A DNA stretch of 63,898 bases, counting the filler. It is 6 parts of 6 records of this genome, joined end to end, with 100 filler letters (N's around TTAATTAATTAA, not from the genome) between each part and the next. Parts side by side here need not be neighbours in the genome. Positions count along the whole stretch, not along the records: positions 9,557 to 39,959 come from SRR20825010_3318; 5 more parts are not named here. One strand, written 5' to 3'. The translations under genes were made by a program, and so were the position numbers. Under the pieces are notes generated by a model that was not told the DNA's origin, did no database searches, and saw only the letters and a list, made by a program, of their open reading frames with translations. Of the stretch, positions 28,740 through 37,871 are shown piece after piece. How positions within the stretch are numbered: the stretch's first letter is position 1; every line of letters begins with the position of its first letter.

Positions 28740-31700
28740 ATGGCTGGTCTCATCATGAAACGTACACCTTGGAAAGCTCGACCGTCTCAGTCCCGCACAG
28801 GATCGAAAAACGCTCGCGTTCGATCAGAGCGACGAAAACTTGCACGGCGGCGGCACAGCCGGATGGAGACACTTGAGAGCCGTCATTTGTTGGCGGCAAT
28901 CAGTGGCGAAGTGTTTCTAGATCTCAATCAAGACAGCACTCGCCAGGGCACCGAGAACGGTGCCGCCGACATTCGCGTGTACTTGGATGAGAACGTCAAT
29001 GGAAGAATGGACGAAGGCGAAGAGTCTGTTTTGACCGACTCCGCCGGGTTCTTCTCGTTCTCACAATTGCCCGCCGGCGACTACCACGTTCGCGTTTTGC
29101 CAGAACAAGGATTGGTGCAGACCGCACCTCAAAAGACGTTTGGTTTGTTGGAAACCGTGACGCAGGAATCAGGAGTGAACGTCCGTGCGTCGCAAGCGTT
29201 TCAGTTCGGAACGCATGAGGTCGACAACCAACGATTGGTGGAGTTGCTCGGCCAACCCATCACCAGCCGGCTCGATGGTATCACTCGAATCAACGATGGC
29301 GATTTGTTGGCGGTTGATACCCGCGCCAACGAGGTGTTCCGGATCGACCCCAGCAACGGTGAGATCACTCGTCTGGGAAATACCAACGTCGATATCGTCG
29401 GCGGGTTGGCTTACGACGCGGTGACCGACAGTGTTTACACCTTGGTGCGGGGTGGTGGCGACAACACGTTGCGACGTCTGGCCAGTTTGGATGTGAACAC
29501 GGCAAAGGCGACGTTGATCGGCGGCGGCCGTTCAGGCTTGGCATCGGTCGCTGACATCACCTTCGATCCTGTCAATCGACGCCTCATCGGATTTGATGAC
29601 ACGGACAATGAGTTCTTTGCATTTGACATGTTCGGTAATGGGCGGACGCTGTCTTACACGTCGCGAAGTGTCGACACATTCACGATGAGTTTGGCAGGGT
29701 CGGATCTGACGGCGGCTTTGCCAGCTGATGCGACCTACGTCACGATGTTTGATGCGGATGACACTGGGTTGGTGTCGACCATTTTGGTGGATGTCGACAC
29801 GGGTTTGGTTTCTGATTCCTTCCGTGTGAATCAACCGATCAAACCGGTCGCGCTGACTCGTCCAACGACGGGCAATAATTCTCAGTACGTCGAAGTGACT
29901 GAGTTTCAAACCGTGGCCGGATTGCAGTTTGGAATCTCGCCTGATGTGATCGGCTTCCGAGTTCGTCCCAGTAACCCTGAATCAGGGGTTGGGGCGTTGG
30001 GACAAGAAGGTCTGACCGTCGTTGGCGGTGCCATTGGCGCTGATGTGGTGGAAGTCACGCTGAACAGGCAACCTGATTCCGATGTGGTCCTTGACCTGGA
30101 CGTGATCGCTCCAGCCGGAAGCAATCCTGGGGTGATCCTGGAAACCAATCAGCTTGTGTTCACGCCCGATGACTGGAATCAGGTTCGCCGTGTGATGGTT
30201 TCGCCAGATCCGGACAATCCAGTCAACGTGATCACCAACATCGATCTTGAGATCGTCGTGGATCGTGATTTATCCGATGCGGCTTGGATCAATCTGCCGT
30301 TGCGAACGATGGAAATTCGCGTTCTGCCACCCGTGTTGTCGGTGGATTTGAATCAGCCGGTGATCAACGAATTGATGATCGAAGCAGGGTTCACTTCCAC
30401 TTTCAACGACTTGACCGATCAATACATCGAATTGCGCGGGATGCCCAACCAACGGTTGGCGGACGGAACGTACTTCGTTGCCATTTCCGAAGACAACTTC
30501 AACGAGGGATCTGTCGAGACCATCATCGACTTGTCGGGACAAACGTTTGGTGCCAACGGTTTCCTCGTGCTACTGCAAGAAGGCAACTCATACGAAGCAG
30601 CATTTGGGTCGCGAGTGTTGGAAAGTGACCAGTCCGGTTTTCTGGGTTTGCCCGATGGGATTTATTCGGATGAGTCGAACGACGGTTCCTTGTTTCGAAA
30701 CTTTGACAACCGCGGCTACTTCTTGATCCAATCGGACGTTCCGCCCGCACTTGGAGATGACATCGACACGGATGACGATCAGCGAGCGGACGAAGGTGGT
30801 TTGCTGTCGACTTGGAATGTGTTGGATGCGGTTTCGATTCAAGACTACGTCTTTGGCGACAACTTCTCATATGCGCCGATTCTGTTTGCTGAAAACATCA
30901 GTTCCACGGCCCGGAGCTATGTCTTGCCGCCTGGCGGAACGGTCGTGGAAGCCGACGGTTTTGGCTACGTCGGTCGATTGGGCGATTCCATCGGATCCTC
31001 GGCAGAGGATTGGGTGTTTGGAACACCCGTTGATGCGGCCAACGGATCCGCCATTGAGTTCGAGAACGGCGGAAGGTACGAGTTGCTGTCGTCATCCGTC
31101 TCTCAACCGGCACTCGCGGATCGATTGCTCAACCACATCGGCGAAAGCAACTTTGTTGGTGGCGCTCGCGGACAGATTTTGCTGGCACCTTCAGCGGGTG
31201 CTATCGCCGATGGAGCTTCAGCGGATCTGCGATTGCCCGGTCAGGGAATCACCGTTTTCGCGGACACCAATGACAACGATCGGTTGGACGATTTGACATT
31301 TGTCGTTGAGCCTGATGACGTGGTGCCACCGTTCGATCCGCTGGACCCAACCGTTCAGGATCTTACGTATGTGCTCACAAACGAATTCCCAGGCGTGACC
31401 GTTACCAGCACGAGTGGCAATTTCTTCTCGAACACGCCGATCCTGGCCGAACGCCAATATCTGAGTGGCCGAATCAGCGGCAACCGAGTGTTCAGTGATG
31501 GTGGCTTCCAACAATTCTCAACCTTCAACCGGCTGCGGTTTGATTTCTATCGTCCCGTGAAGTCAGTTTCGATTGACGCTCTCGGCAGCGCGTTCACGTC
31601 GTTGGTTTCTTATGGCCGTTTGGATGCGTTCAATGCTGATGGCGATTTGATCGCCACCGCGGTGAGCGGCGTGCTGGTCAATGGTCGCCGAGAAACGGTG

Positions 31701-34223
31701 ACGTTGTCGGTGCCTTCGGATGAGATCGTTCGCGTTGAAGCGTATTCGGACACCACCATCACCGGCGGGACAACGTTTGGTGCCTTCGATCGATTGACCT
31801 ATGTCCAAAGCGAAGCATCCGCGGTGACGGACCAAGACGGTATCTATGAGTTGCGGTCGCTGTTCGAAGGCGACTATGACTTGCAAGTCCAAACCGGAAC
31901 TGGTGCGACGGCGTTGTTGGGGACGGCTGAGCATCCCTTCACCGTGTCACGCTTTGATAACTTTGTCTTCGAAGATGTGTTTCGGGTGAACACGCTACCG
32001 AAGACGACCGATCAAGTCATTTTGGTGGATGAGAATCTGCCGGTCGGAACCGAAATCCTCGTTCAGCAAGCTGATGATGCTGATCAGCCAGCTGACGGTG
32101 GTGTGCCATTATTGTACGAGATCATTGGTGGCAACTCGGCAGGATTGGTCGTCAATTCGTCCACTGGAAATCTGACCGTGACAGCCGACTCGGACTTGGA
32201 TTTCGAAACCGAGCCCAACCGAATCATCACGATGCGAATCACGGATGCCGCGGGGGCAAAGACCACCAACCGCATCACGATTTCGCTGCGAGATATCAAC
32301 GAGGCTCCAGTGGTGCAGGACACACCGTTGGTGGTTACGGAAGATGTGCCGGCGGGTTCCGCGATTGGACGCGTCAAAGCGTTTGATCCCGACGTCGCAT
32401 TCCGTCAACAGTTGTCGTTCGAACTGGTCGGCGGCGAAGCCCAGAATGACTTCAGCGTTGATCCGATCACCGGCGTGGTAACGTTGCTGAATGCGGATAG
32501 TTTGGACTTCGAGAACAACACGCAGCGAACTCTGTTGGTTCGAGTCAGTGACGACGCTGCGATTCCTGCAGAAAGCATTGTTGAACAGCGAATCTTAGTG
32601 CTCAACGAGAATGACCGGCCGACGATCGCACAAACACAGTTCGCTGTGTCGGAAGACGCAACGGGAGAGTTGTTCCGCTTGGAAGTCGACGATCCCGATG
32701 AAGGACAGATGCATCAATTCGAAGTGGTCGGCGGAGTCGCGGCCAACTTCGTTCGTGTCACCCAAGAAGGTGCCGTGCGGTTGTTGCCCGGTGCGGAATT
32801 GGATTTCGAAACATTCCCGAATATGACATTGCGAGTTCGCGTCAGCGACAATGGTGGCCCGCCATTGGCCGAAACGGTGAACGTCCAGATTTCCGTTTTG
32901 GGTGTGAACGAACAACCGAAACTGCAACCGTCGGTGGTCCAGTTCAACGAGGGCAGCGTACCCTCCGCGGACCAACTTTTGACGCTGGTGGATCCGGAAC
33001 AACGACCGCAGGATCACAGCATTGAACTGCTGGACGGTCCATCGAATTCATTGTTCGAGTTTGTTGCCGGAACCGGTACTGATGCGGGAACCGGAACACT
33101 CCGAATCGCGTCTGGAGTGGAACTGGATTTTGAGGATCAATCGGTCCACCAATTGAGCTTCCGAATCACAGATACGGTCGATAGCTCGGTCGCACCATTC
33201 ACGGCGACGTTGTTGGTAGAAGTGCTGAACCGAAATGAGAATCCCACGATCACCACCGAGCGTGTTGTCGTTTCGGAGGTGCCGTATCCAAACGGTACAC
33301 CCGCCTCGAGCGACAATTGGGTGATTGTCGGGCGGATCGGTGTGACTGATCCTGACGGCGATTTGGTGACAACCCAATTGGTCGGTGGCACCGGGTTTGC
33401 CAACTTCGACTTGGATCCAAATTCAAGATTGCTTCGGGTTCGTCCGAACGCTGTCTTTGATGTCGATGCACCTGACGCACCGGCACAAACATTGGTGATT
33501 CGAGCGGACGATGGAACCGCAACGACGGATCGCACCATCACAGTGCAAGTCAACAACGTCAACGAACCACCCGTGTTTGACATGGCGATGGCCGATGCAA
33601 CTTTCCAAGACCGGTCGTTGGTCAGTGGGCAATACCTGGAATTCCAATTGCCCGATAACATGGTCAGTGATCCAGAAGGCGGAAACTTCTCGATCCGCAT
33701 CTTTGGTCAATCGGGTACCTTGCCGAGCTGGATGAAGTACGACATCGAAACACAAACGTTGGTAGCAACACCGGGACCATTCGACACCGGTGTCTACAAC
33801 CTGACGGCTCGTGCGTTGGAGTTTGGGCCTCGGCCACTGGCGACGGATGTGCAGTTCACCTACACGGTCGGGTTGGGACAAACACCATTCCAAAACGCTC
33901 GCAACCGTTACGATGTCGATCGAAACCAATCGGTCGCCCCTTTGGACGCACTGCGGATCATCAACTACCTCGAAGCAAACGGCCCCGGCCGTTTGGAGCC
34001 CGGAAACATGCAGTCGTTCCCGGGGTACCTGGATGTTTCGGGCAACGGTGAAGTGACCTCATTGGACGCGTTGATGGTGATCAACGAGATCAATCGTCTG
34101 GAGGAAGAAAATGCTGGTGCCGAACCAGTTTTGGTCGAGATTTCGGCTGACGACTTCTTGCGTCGCGAAGACGCGGTGGACGAAGTTTTGGCGGCTGAAT
34201 TCGATTCCCCCTCGCTGTTCTGA
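28740..34223 (+). CDS. Large planctomycete surface protein: SdrD-B-like, propeller-like, lamin-tail-like, cadherin repeats, Ig-like, dockerin
   Basis: Planctomycete leader (RR...LESRHLLA); SGEVFLDLN; VINELM...YIEL; LDFE and DINEAP/NENDRP cadherin motifs; LPSWM; DVDRNQSVAPLDAL and DVSGNGEVTSLDAL dockerin repeats. Confidence 0.9.
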   Translation: MAGLIMKRTPWKARPSQSRTGSKNARVRSERRKLARRRHSRMETLESRHLLAAISGEVFLDLNQDSTRQGTENGAADIRVYLDENVNGRMDEGEESVLTDSAGFFSFSQLPAGDYHVRVLPEQGLVQTAPQKTFGLLETVTQESGVNVRASQAFQFGTHEVDNQRLVELLGQPITSRLDGITRINDGDLLAVDTRANEVFRIDPSNGEITRLGNTNVDIVGGLAYDAVTDSVYTLVRGGGDNTLRRLASLDVNTAKATLIGGGRSGLASVADITFDPVNRRLIGFDDTDNEFFAFDMFGNGRTLSYTSRSVDTFTMSLAGSDLTAALPADATYVTMFDADDTGLVSTILVDVDTGLVSDSFRVNQPIKPVALTRPTTGNNSQYVEVTEFQTVAGLQFGISPDVIGFRVRPSNPESGVGALGQEGLTVVGGAIGADVVEVTLNRQPDSDVVLDLDVIAPAGSNPGVILETNQLVFTPDDWNQVRRVMVSPDPDNPVNVITNIDLEIVVDRDLSDAAWINLPLRTMEIRVLPPVLSVDLNQPVINELMIEAGFTSTFNDLTDQYIELRGMPNQRLADGTYFVAISEDNFNEGSVETIIDLSGQTFGANGFLVLLQEGNSYEAAFGSRVLESDQSGFLGLPDGIYSDESNDGSLFRNFDNRGYFLIQSDVPPALGDDIDTDDDQRADEGGLLSTWNVLDAVSIQDYVFGDNFSYAPILFAENISSTARSYVLPPGGTVVEADGFGYVGRLGDSIGSSAEDWVFGTPVDAANGSAIEFENGGRYELLSSSVSQPALADRLLNHIGESNFVGGARGQILLAPSAGAIADGASADLRLPGQGITVFADTNDNDRLDDLTFVVEPDDVVPPFDPLDPTVQDLTYVLTNEFPGVTVTSTSGNFFSNTPILAERQYLSGRISGNRVFSDGGFQQFSTFNRLRFDFYRPVKSVSIDALGSAFTSLVSYGRLDAFNADGDLIATAVSGVLVNGRRETVTLSVPSDEIVRVEAYSDTTITGGTTFGAFDRLTYVQSEASAVTDQDGIYELRSLFEGDYDLQVQTGTGATALLGTAEHPFTVSRFDNFVFEDVFRVNTLPKTTDQVILVDENLPVGTEILVQQADDADQPADGGVPLLYEIIGGNSAGLVVNSSTGNLTVTADSDLDFETEPNRIITMRITDAAGAKTTNRITISLRDINEAPVVQDTPLVVTEDVPAGSAIGRVKAFDPDVAFRQQLSFELVGGEAQNDFSVDPITGVVTLLNADSLDFENNTQRTLLVRVSDDAAIPAESIVEQRILVLNENDRPTIAQTQFAVSEDATGELFRLEVDDPDEGQMHQFEVVGGVAANFVRVTQEGAVRLLPGAELDFETFPNMTLRVRVSDNGGPPLAETVNVQISVLGVNEQPKLQPSVVQFNEGSVPSADQLLTLVDPEQRPQDHSIELLDGPSNSLFEFVAGTGTDAGTGTLRIASGVELDFEDQSVHQLSFRITDTVDSSVAPFTATLLVEVLNRNENPTITTERVVVSEVPYPNGTPASSDNWVIVGRIGVTDPDGDLVTTQLVGGTGFANFDLDPNSRLLRVRPNAVFDVDAPDAPAQTLVIRADDGTATTDRTITVQVNNVNEPPVFDMAMADATFQDRSLVSGQYLEFQLPDNMVSDPEGGNFSIRIFGQSGTLPSWMKYDIETQTLVATPGPFDTGVYNLTARALEFGPRPLATDVQFTYTVGLGQTPFQNARNRYDVDRNQSVAPLDALRIINYLEANGPGRLEPGNMQSFPGYLDVSGNGEVTSLDALMVINEINRLEEENAGAEPVLVEISADDFLRREDAVDEVLAAEFDSPSLF

Positions 34224-34241
34224 AGGAAGTAACGGGTCACG

Positions 34242-36230
34242 ATGGAAGAAACGGGCACGGACGCCGAGAATGCTTCCATCGATCCAAGCATGCTTTCAAC
34301 CCGCTGGGCAATTGCTGAGCGGGTGTTGAGTGACGCGTTTGGATTTGATCGTTTGCTGCCGCCTCAGAAGAAGGTCATCGAGCGACTGTTTGACGGTCGC
34401 AACGTGGTCGCGGTGATGCCGACGGGAAGTGGCAAAAGTTTGTGCTACCAACTGGTCAGCCAATGCTTGCCGCACCTGACCGTGGTTGTTTCGCCGTTGG
34501 TCGCTTTGATGAAGGACCAGGGCGATTCGCTGAAACGACGGGGCATTGAGGTCGCCAGACTCGACCATTCCGCCTCGCCGCAGGAACTTCGTTTGGACTT
34601 GAAACGGGTTCGTTCGGGCCACTGCAAGTTACTGTATGTTTCCCCAGAACGCTTTTTCAATGAGCGTTTTCGTGCGGTCTTGGGTGAGACACCGATTTCA
34701 ATGCTGGCGGTCGACGAAGCCCACTGCATGAGCGAATGGGGGCACCACTTTCGGCCCGATTATCTTCGGTTGCCGGACGTGGTGGAGGAGCACAGCATCC
34801 CGCAAGTGTTGGCGCTGACAGCGACGGCGCCCCAACGCGTCGTTCGCGAAATTCGATCGGCGTTTGGATTGGAACGAACCGATGTTGTGAAGGTCCCCAC
34901 GCATCGATCGAATTTGCATTTGCAATGCACACAGGTGACTTCCCGTGAGCGGGACGAGCGGTTGCTGGAACAGCTTCGGAAGGCGGCCAAGTCTCGAACC
35001 AAGGGTGTCACGATTGTCTATGTCACTCGTCGCCGGACCGCCGAACAACTGGCCGAGTCGCTCAACGAAGAGGGCCTTTCCGCGATGGCCTACCACGCAG
35101 GATTGACCAGCGAACAGCGTGATTCCATTCAGCAGTGGTTTTTGGAATCCAACAACGGCATCTTGGTCGGCACGGTGGCCTTTGGCATGGGCGTCGACAA
35201 ACCCAATGTTCGCCGAGTGATTCACTACAACCCTTCGTCGTCGTTGGAAGGGTACAGCCAAGAGATTGGACGAGGCGGCCGGGATGGCAAAGCGACCCAA
35301 TGTCAAACATGGTTGGTTCCCGAAGACCAAATCGCGATTCGTAATTTGCCGTGCAGCGACTGGCCGACGAAAGAGTCCGTGGAACGTTTGTTGGATCGGT
35401 TGATCGGCCAACCGGATTCGTTTTATCTAGCGCTCGGCAAGCTGGCTTGGGAAGTGAACCTGTCTTCTGGAGTGGTCGGCACGTTCATGATTCAGTTGCG
35501 GCAACGTGGGCACCTGGAGTTGCTGCCCGCTCGGTATGACGTTTATCGCGTCAAACCAAGGTGCGACATTTCGGAAATCGTTTCGCGAAGTGACGCGATC
35601 GATCCGGAGGCTGTTTCCGCGATTGTTGCCTCGTTTGTCAAAGCCAAGCGTGCGTACCGGGTCAATTTGGTGGTGGCGACGCGTCAGTATCGTGTGCCTC
35701 GAAACCGCTTGGTGGCGGCGCTCGAAGAGTTGTCATTGTCTGGAGTCATCGAGTTAGAATCGTCCGAACTGATGCATGGGTACCGCTGGGTGGAACGAAT
35801 CGCTCGGCCCGCAGCGACGGTGAAGCACTTGTTGAAACGTTTTGACGCGTCGATGGAGGCAACCCAGCAACGCATCGATTCGATGATGGAGTTCATCGCC
35901 TGCAAGGAGTGTTTGCCAGTCGCGATGGCGGCTCATTTCGGTTCACGCCGTTCGCGTCCCTGCGGGAAATGCTCGACTTGTCGCGGCGAGGGGCCGTGGG
36001 ATACCCAGTTGAATCCACCTGATTCGATTGGAGATTCGGCCCAAAGTGCGATGACCGATGCGATCGCGGAATATCCCGACCTCTTTTCAGATCCGATCGA
36101 TCAGGCCAAATTCCTGTGTGGCTTGTACACGCCCGCTTTCATGCGTTTTCGTGTGAACCGGCATTTTGGCTTTGGTGTCTGTGAATCTGTTCCCTTCACC
36201 ACCGTTTTGGCGGCGATGAGGGCGAACTGA
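34242..36230 (+). CDS. RecQ-family DNA helicase, no evident HRDC domain
   Basis: MPTGSGKSLCY, VDEAHC, WGHHFRPDY, FGMGVDK, QEIGRGGRDG and Zn-binding C...CGKC motifs. Confidence 0.93.
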   Translation: MEETGTDAENASIDPSMLSTRWAIAERVLSDAFGFDRLLPPQKKVIERLFDGRNVVAVMPTGSGKSLCYQLVSQCLPHLTVVVSPLVALMKDQGDSLKRRGIEVARLDHSASPQELRLDLKRVRSGHCKLLYVSPERFFNERFRAVLGETPISMLAVDEAHCMSEWGHHFRPDYLRLPDVVEEHSIPQVLALTATAPQRVVREIRSAFGLERTDVVKVPTHRSNLHLQCTQVTSRERDERLLEQLRKAAKSRTKGVTIVYVTRRRTAEQLAESLNEEGLSAMAYHAGLTSEQRDSIQQWFLESNNGILVGTVAFGMGVDKPNVRRVIHYNPSSSLEGYSQEIGRGGRDGKATQCQTWLVPEDQIAIRNLPCSDWPTKESVERLLDRLIGQPDSFYLALGKLAWEVNLSSGVVGTFMIQLRQRGHLELLPARYDVYRVKPRCDISEIVSRSDAIDPEAVSAIVASFVKAKRAYRVNLVVATRQYRVPRNRLVAALEELSLSGVIELESSELMHGYRWVERIARPAATVKHLLKRFDASMEATQQRIDSMMEFIACKECLPVAMAAHFGSRRSRPCGKCSTCRGEGPWDTQLNPPDSIGDSAQSAMTDAIAEYPDLFSDPIDQAKFLCGLYTPAFMRFRVNRHFGFGVCESVPFTTVLAAMRAN

Positions 36231-36253
36231 TTCGTGGCGGTCATCCGCTCGCC

Positions 36254-36352
36254 GGCTGTTGATTTACTGAGCCGTTGCGGAGGTAGCCTTGGTTCCATCA
36301 CCAAAAAACCGGGGCTAACGCCCGTCGGCTAAAGACTGAGTGAATCAACCTG
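36254..36352. repeat. MITE/REP-like palindromic intergenic element
   Basis: Outer IR GTTGATT (36258-36264)/AATCAAC (36343-36349) with an inner imperfect IR (36270-36294 vs 36307-36330). GGCTGTTGATTTA recurs at 39939-39951. Confidence 0.65.
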
Positions 36353-36478
36353 TCGTCGCACGTCGGGTTAGGACTCGCGAACTGATGTTGTAAAACGACC
36401 GATGGCACGCCGTTCCCCTAACTTTGTTCTCTCGTCACCACATTCCCGCGAAACCGCTTTTTTTTAAGACTGGCACCC

Positions 36479-37096
36479 ATGATCACCATCGTTGACTATC
36501 AAATGGGAAACCTCCGCAGTGTCCAAAAGGCGGTGGAACGTTCGGGCGTGGAGGCGGAGATCACCAGTGATGCTAGCCAGATCGCAGCGGCCGAGCGATT
36601 GATCTTGCCGGGTGTGGGAGCGTTTGGGGACGCGATTGGCGAGATTCGTCGTCGCGATCTGGAGAAGCCGATCAAAGATTTCATCGCTTCGGGCAAACCC
36701 TTTTTGGGAATCTGCCTGGGGCTGCAGATGCTGTTCGAGCAAGGCTTCGAGGGCGGCACCCACGAAGGGCTCGGCGTGTTGGGCGGCGATGTGGTCGCAT
36801 TCGAATTGCCCGCCGAGTTCAAGGTCCCACACATGGGTTGGAACGCGGTCGATGTGAAGGACGCCGGTGCCGACCTCGGGATTCAATCTGGAACGCATTT
36901 CTACTTTGTCCACTCCTATTTCGTTCGTCCGGCCGATCCATCGGTGGTCGCACTGACGTGTGATTACGGTGGCGAGTTTTGTGCCGCCGTGCGTCGTGGC
37001 AACTTGATGGCGACCCAGTTCCACCCCGAGAAGAGCCAGGGAGACGGACTGCGATTGATGCAGCGTTTCGCGACCGCGCCGGTCGAAGTCGCCTGA
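36479..37096 (+). CDS. hisH: Imidazole glycerol phosphate synthase glutaminase subunit
   Basis: DYQMGNLRSV, PGVGAF, GICLG, PHMGWN, YFVHSY and QFHPEKS motifs. Confidence 0.97.
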   Translation: MITIVDYQMGNLRSVQKAVERSGVEAEITSDASQIAAAERLILPGVGAFGDAIGEIRRRDLEKPIKDFIASGKPFLGICLGLQMLFEQGFEGGTHEGLGVLGGDVVAFELPAEFKVPHMGWNAVDVKDAGADLGIQSGTHFYFVHSYFVRPADPSVVALTCDYGGEFCAAVRRGNLMATQFHPEKSQGDGLRLMQRFATAPVEVA

Positions 37097-37128
37097 TTCA
37101 TTCGCCATCCAACCACGAGCACACTCGC

Positions 37129-37686
37129 ATGTCTTCTTCCATCTCGACGCCTCCCGCCCACCAGTTGCAAACCGAAAATGGGAGTTTGCAGATCCGGTTT
37201 GAGTGGCAACAAGATCGCTACGCCCACGTCGTTCGCTGGCAGTCCGAATCGGGCGAGGTTATCGAAGCTCGCAGCGTGGAAGGTTCATCCGATCAGGATT
37301 GGCCCGCCTCGCCCGCACTTCAGCAGTTGTCGACCGAGACCATCGAAGGTGTGCCGACGATCCTGGGAGTTGGCTGTGCCGGTAGCAGTCACTTCAGTGT
37401 CAGCGTGCAAGTGTTGGAAAAGGGGGATGCGGAGCAGAGCGATTCAGAATCTCCCCGCGTTCGATTCGATTGGGCGGTGAGAATGTCCGCATCGGATGCC
37501 AAGGAGCATCCCGTTGCCGATTTAGGAACCCAGTATGCGGCGGAAAACATGCTCGTGACGTCGTTGCTGGGGCAAACCCAATCGGTTTGTGATTCGGACT
37601 CTGATGGTGGAATACGGTTTGTGCCGGATCAATCCGCTGGTGGTCCAACGCGGCAGTGGAGCTACGATCTGCTCGGGGCGACTTAG
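37129..37686 (+). CDS. Hypothetical protein (185 aa)
   Basis: ATG 37129 lies 32 nt after hisH; codon style matches neighbours; WPASPALQQL segment. Confidence 0.7.
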   Translation: MSSSISTPPAHQLQTENGSLQIRFEWQQDRYAHVVRWQSESGEVIEARSVEGSSDQDWPASPALQQLSTETIEGVPTILGVGCAGSSHFSVSVQVLEKGDAEQSDSESPRVRFDWAVRMSASDAKEHPVADLGTQYAAENMLVTSLLGQTQSVCDSDSDGGIRFVPDQSAGGPTRQWSYDLLGAT

Positions 37687-37692
37687 GGTTTT

Positions 37693-37797
37693 GTAGCGGA
37701 AGGGCGGGAGCTCTCCGGTGACGCGGAACCGGGCGCCTCGCGCCGCTCCGCTAAGAGCGGGGAAGACCGGGCGACTCATGCCGCTCCGCTAGGAGCG
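37693..37797. repeat. GTAG-type REP cluster (one forward and two reverse copies)
   Basis: GTAGCGGAAGGGCGGGAGCTCTCCGG, then near-identical direct copies ACCGGGCG(C/A)CTC(GC/AT)GCCGCTCCGCTA(A/G)GAGCG at 37728 and 37766. Confidence 0.8.
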
Positions 37798-37871
37798 AAC
37801 GCAAAGCAACCGACCGTTTGGTCTTCATTTGAAATACACTGTGGGTTTTCATTCCTCAGGATGCTGCCTCG

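Noticed and set aside
36479-37096. hisH separated from other his genes
   Set aside because: Scattered biosynthetic genes are normal in planctomycetes.
37693-37797. Repeat cluster as a mini-CRISPR
   Set aside because: The units have mixed orientation, only about 6 nt separate the direct copies, and no cas genes are present; it fits REP elements.
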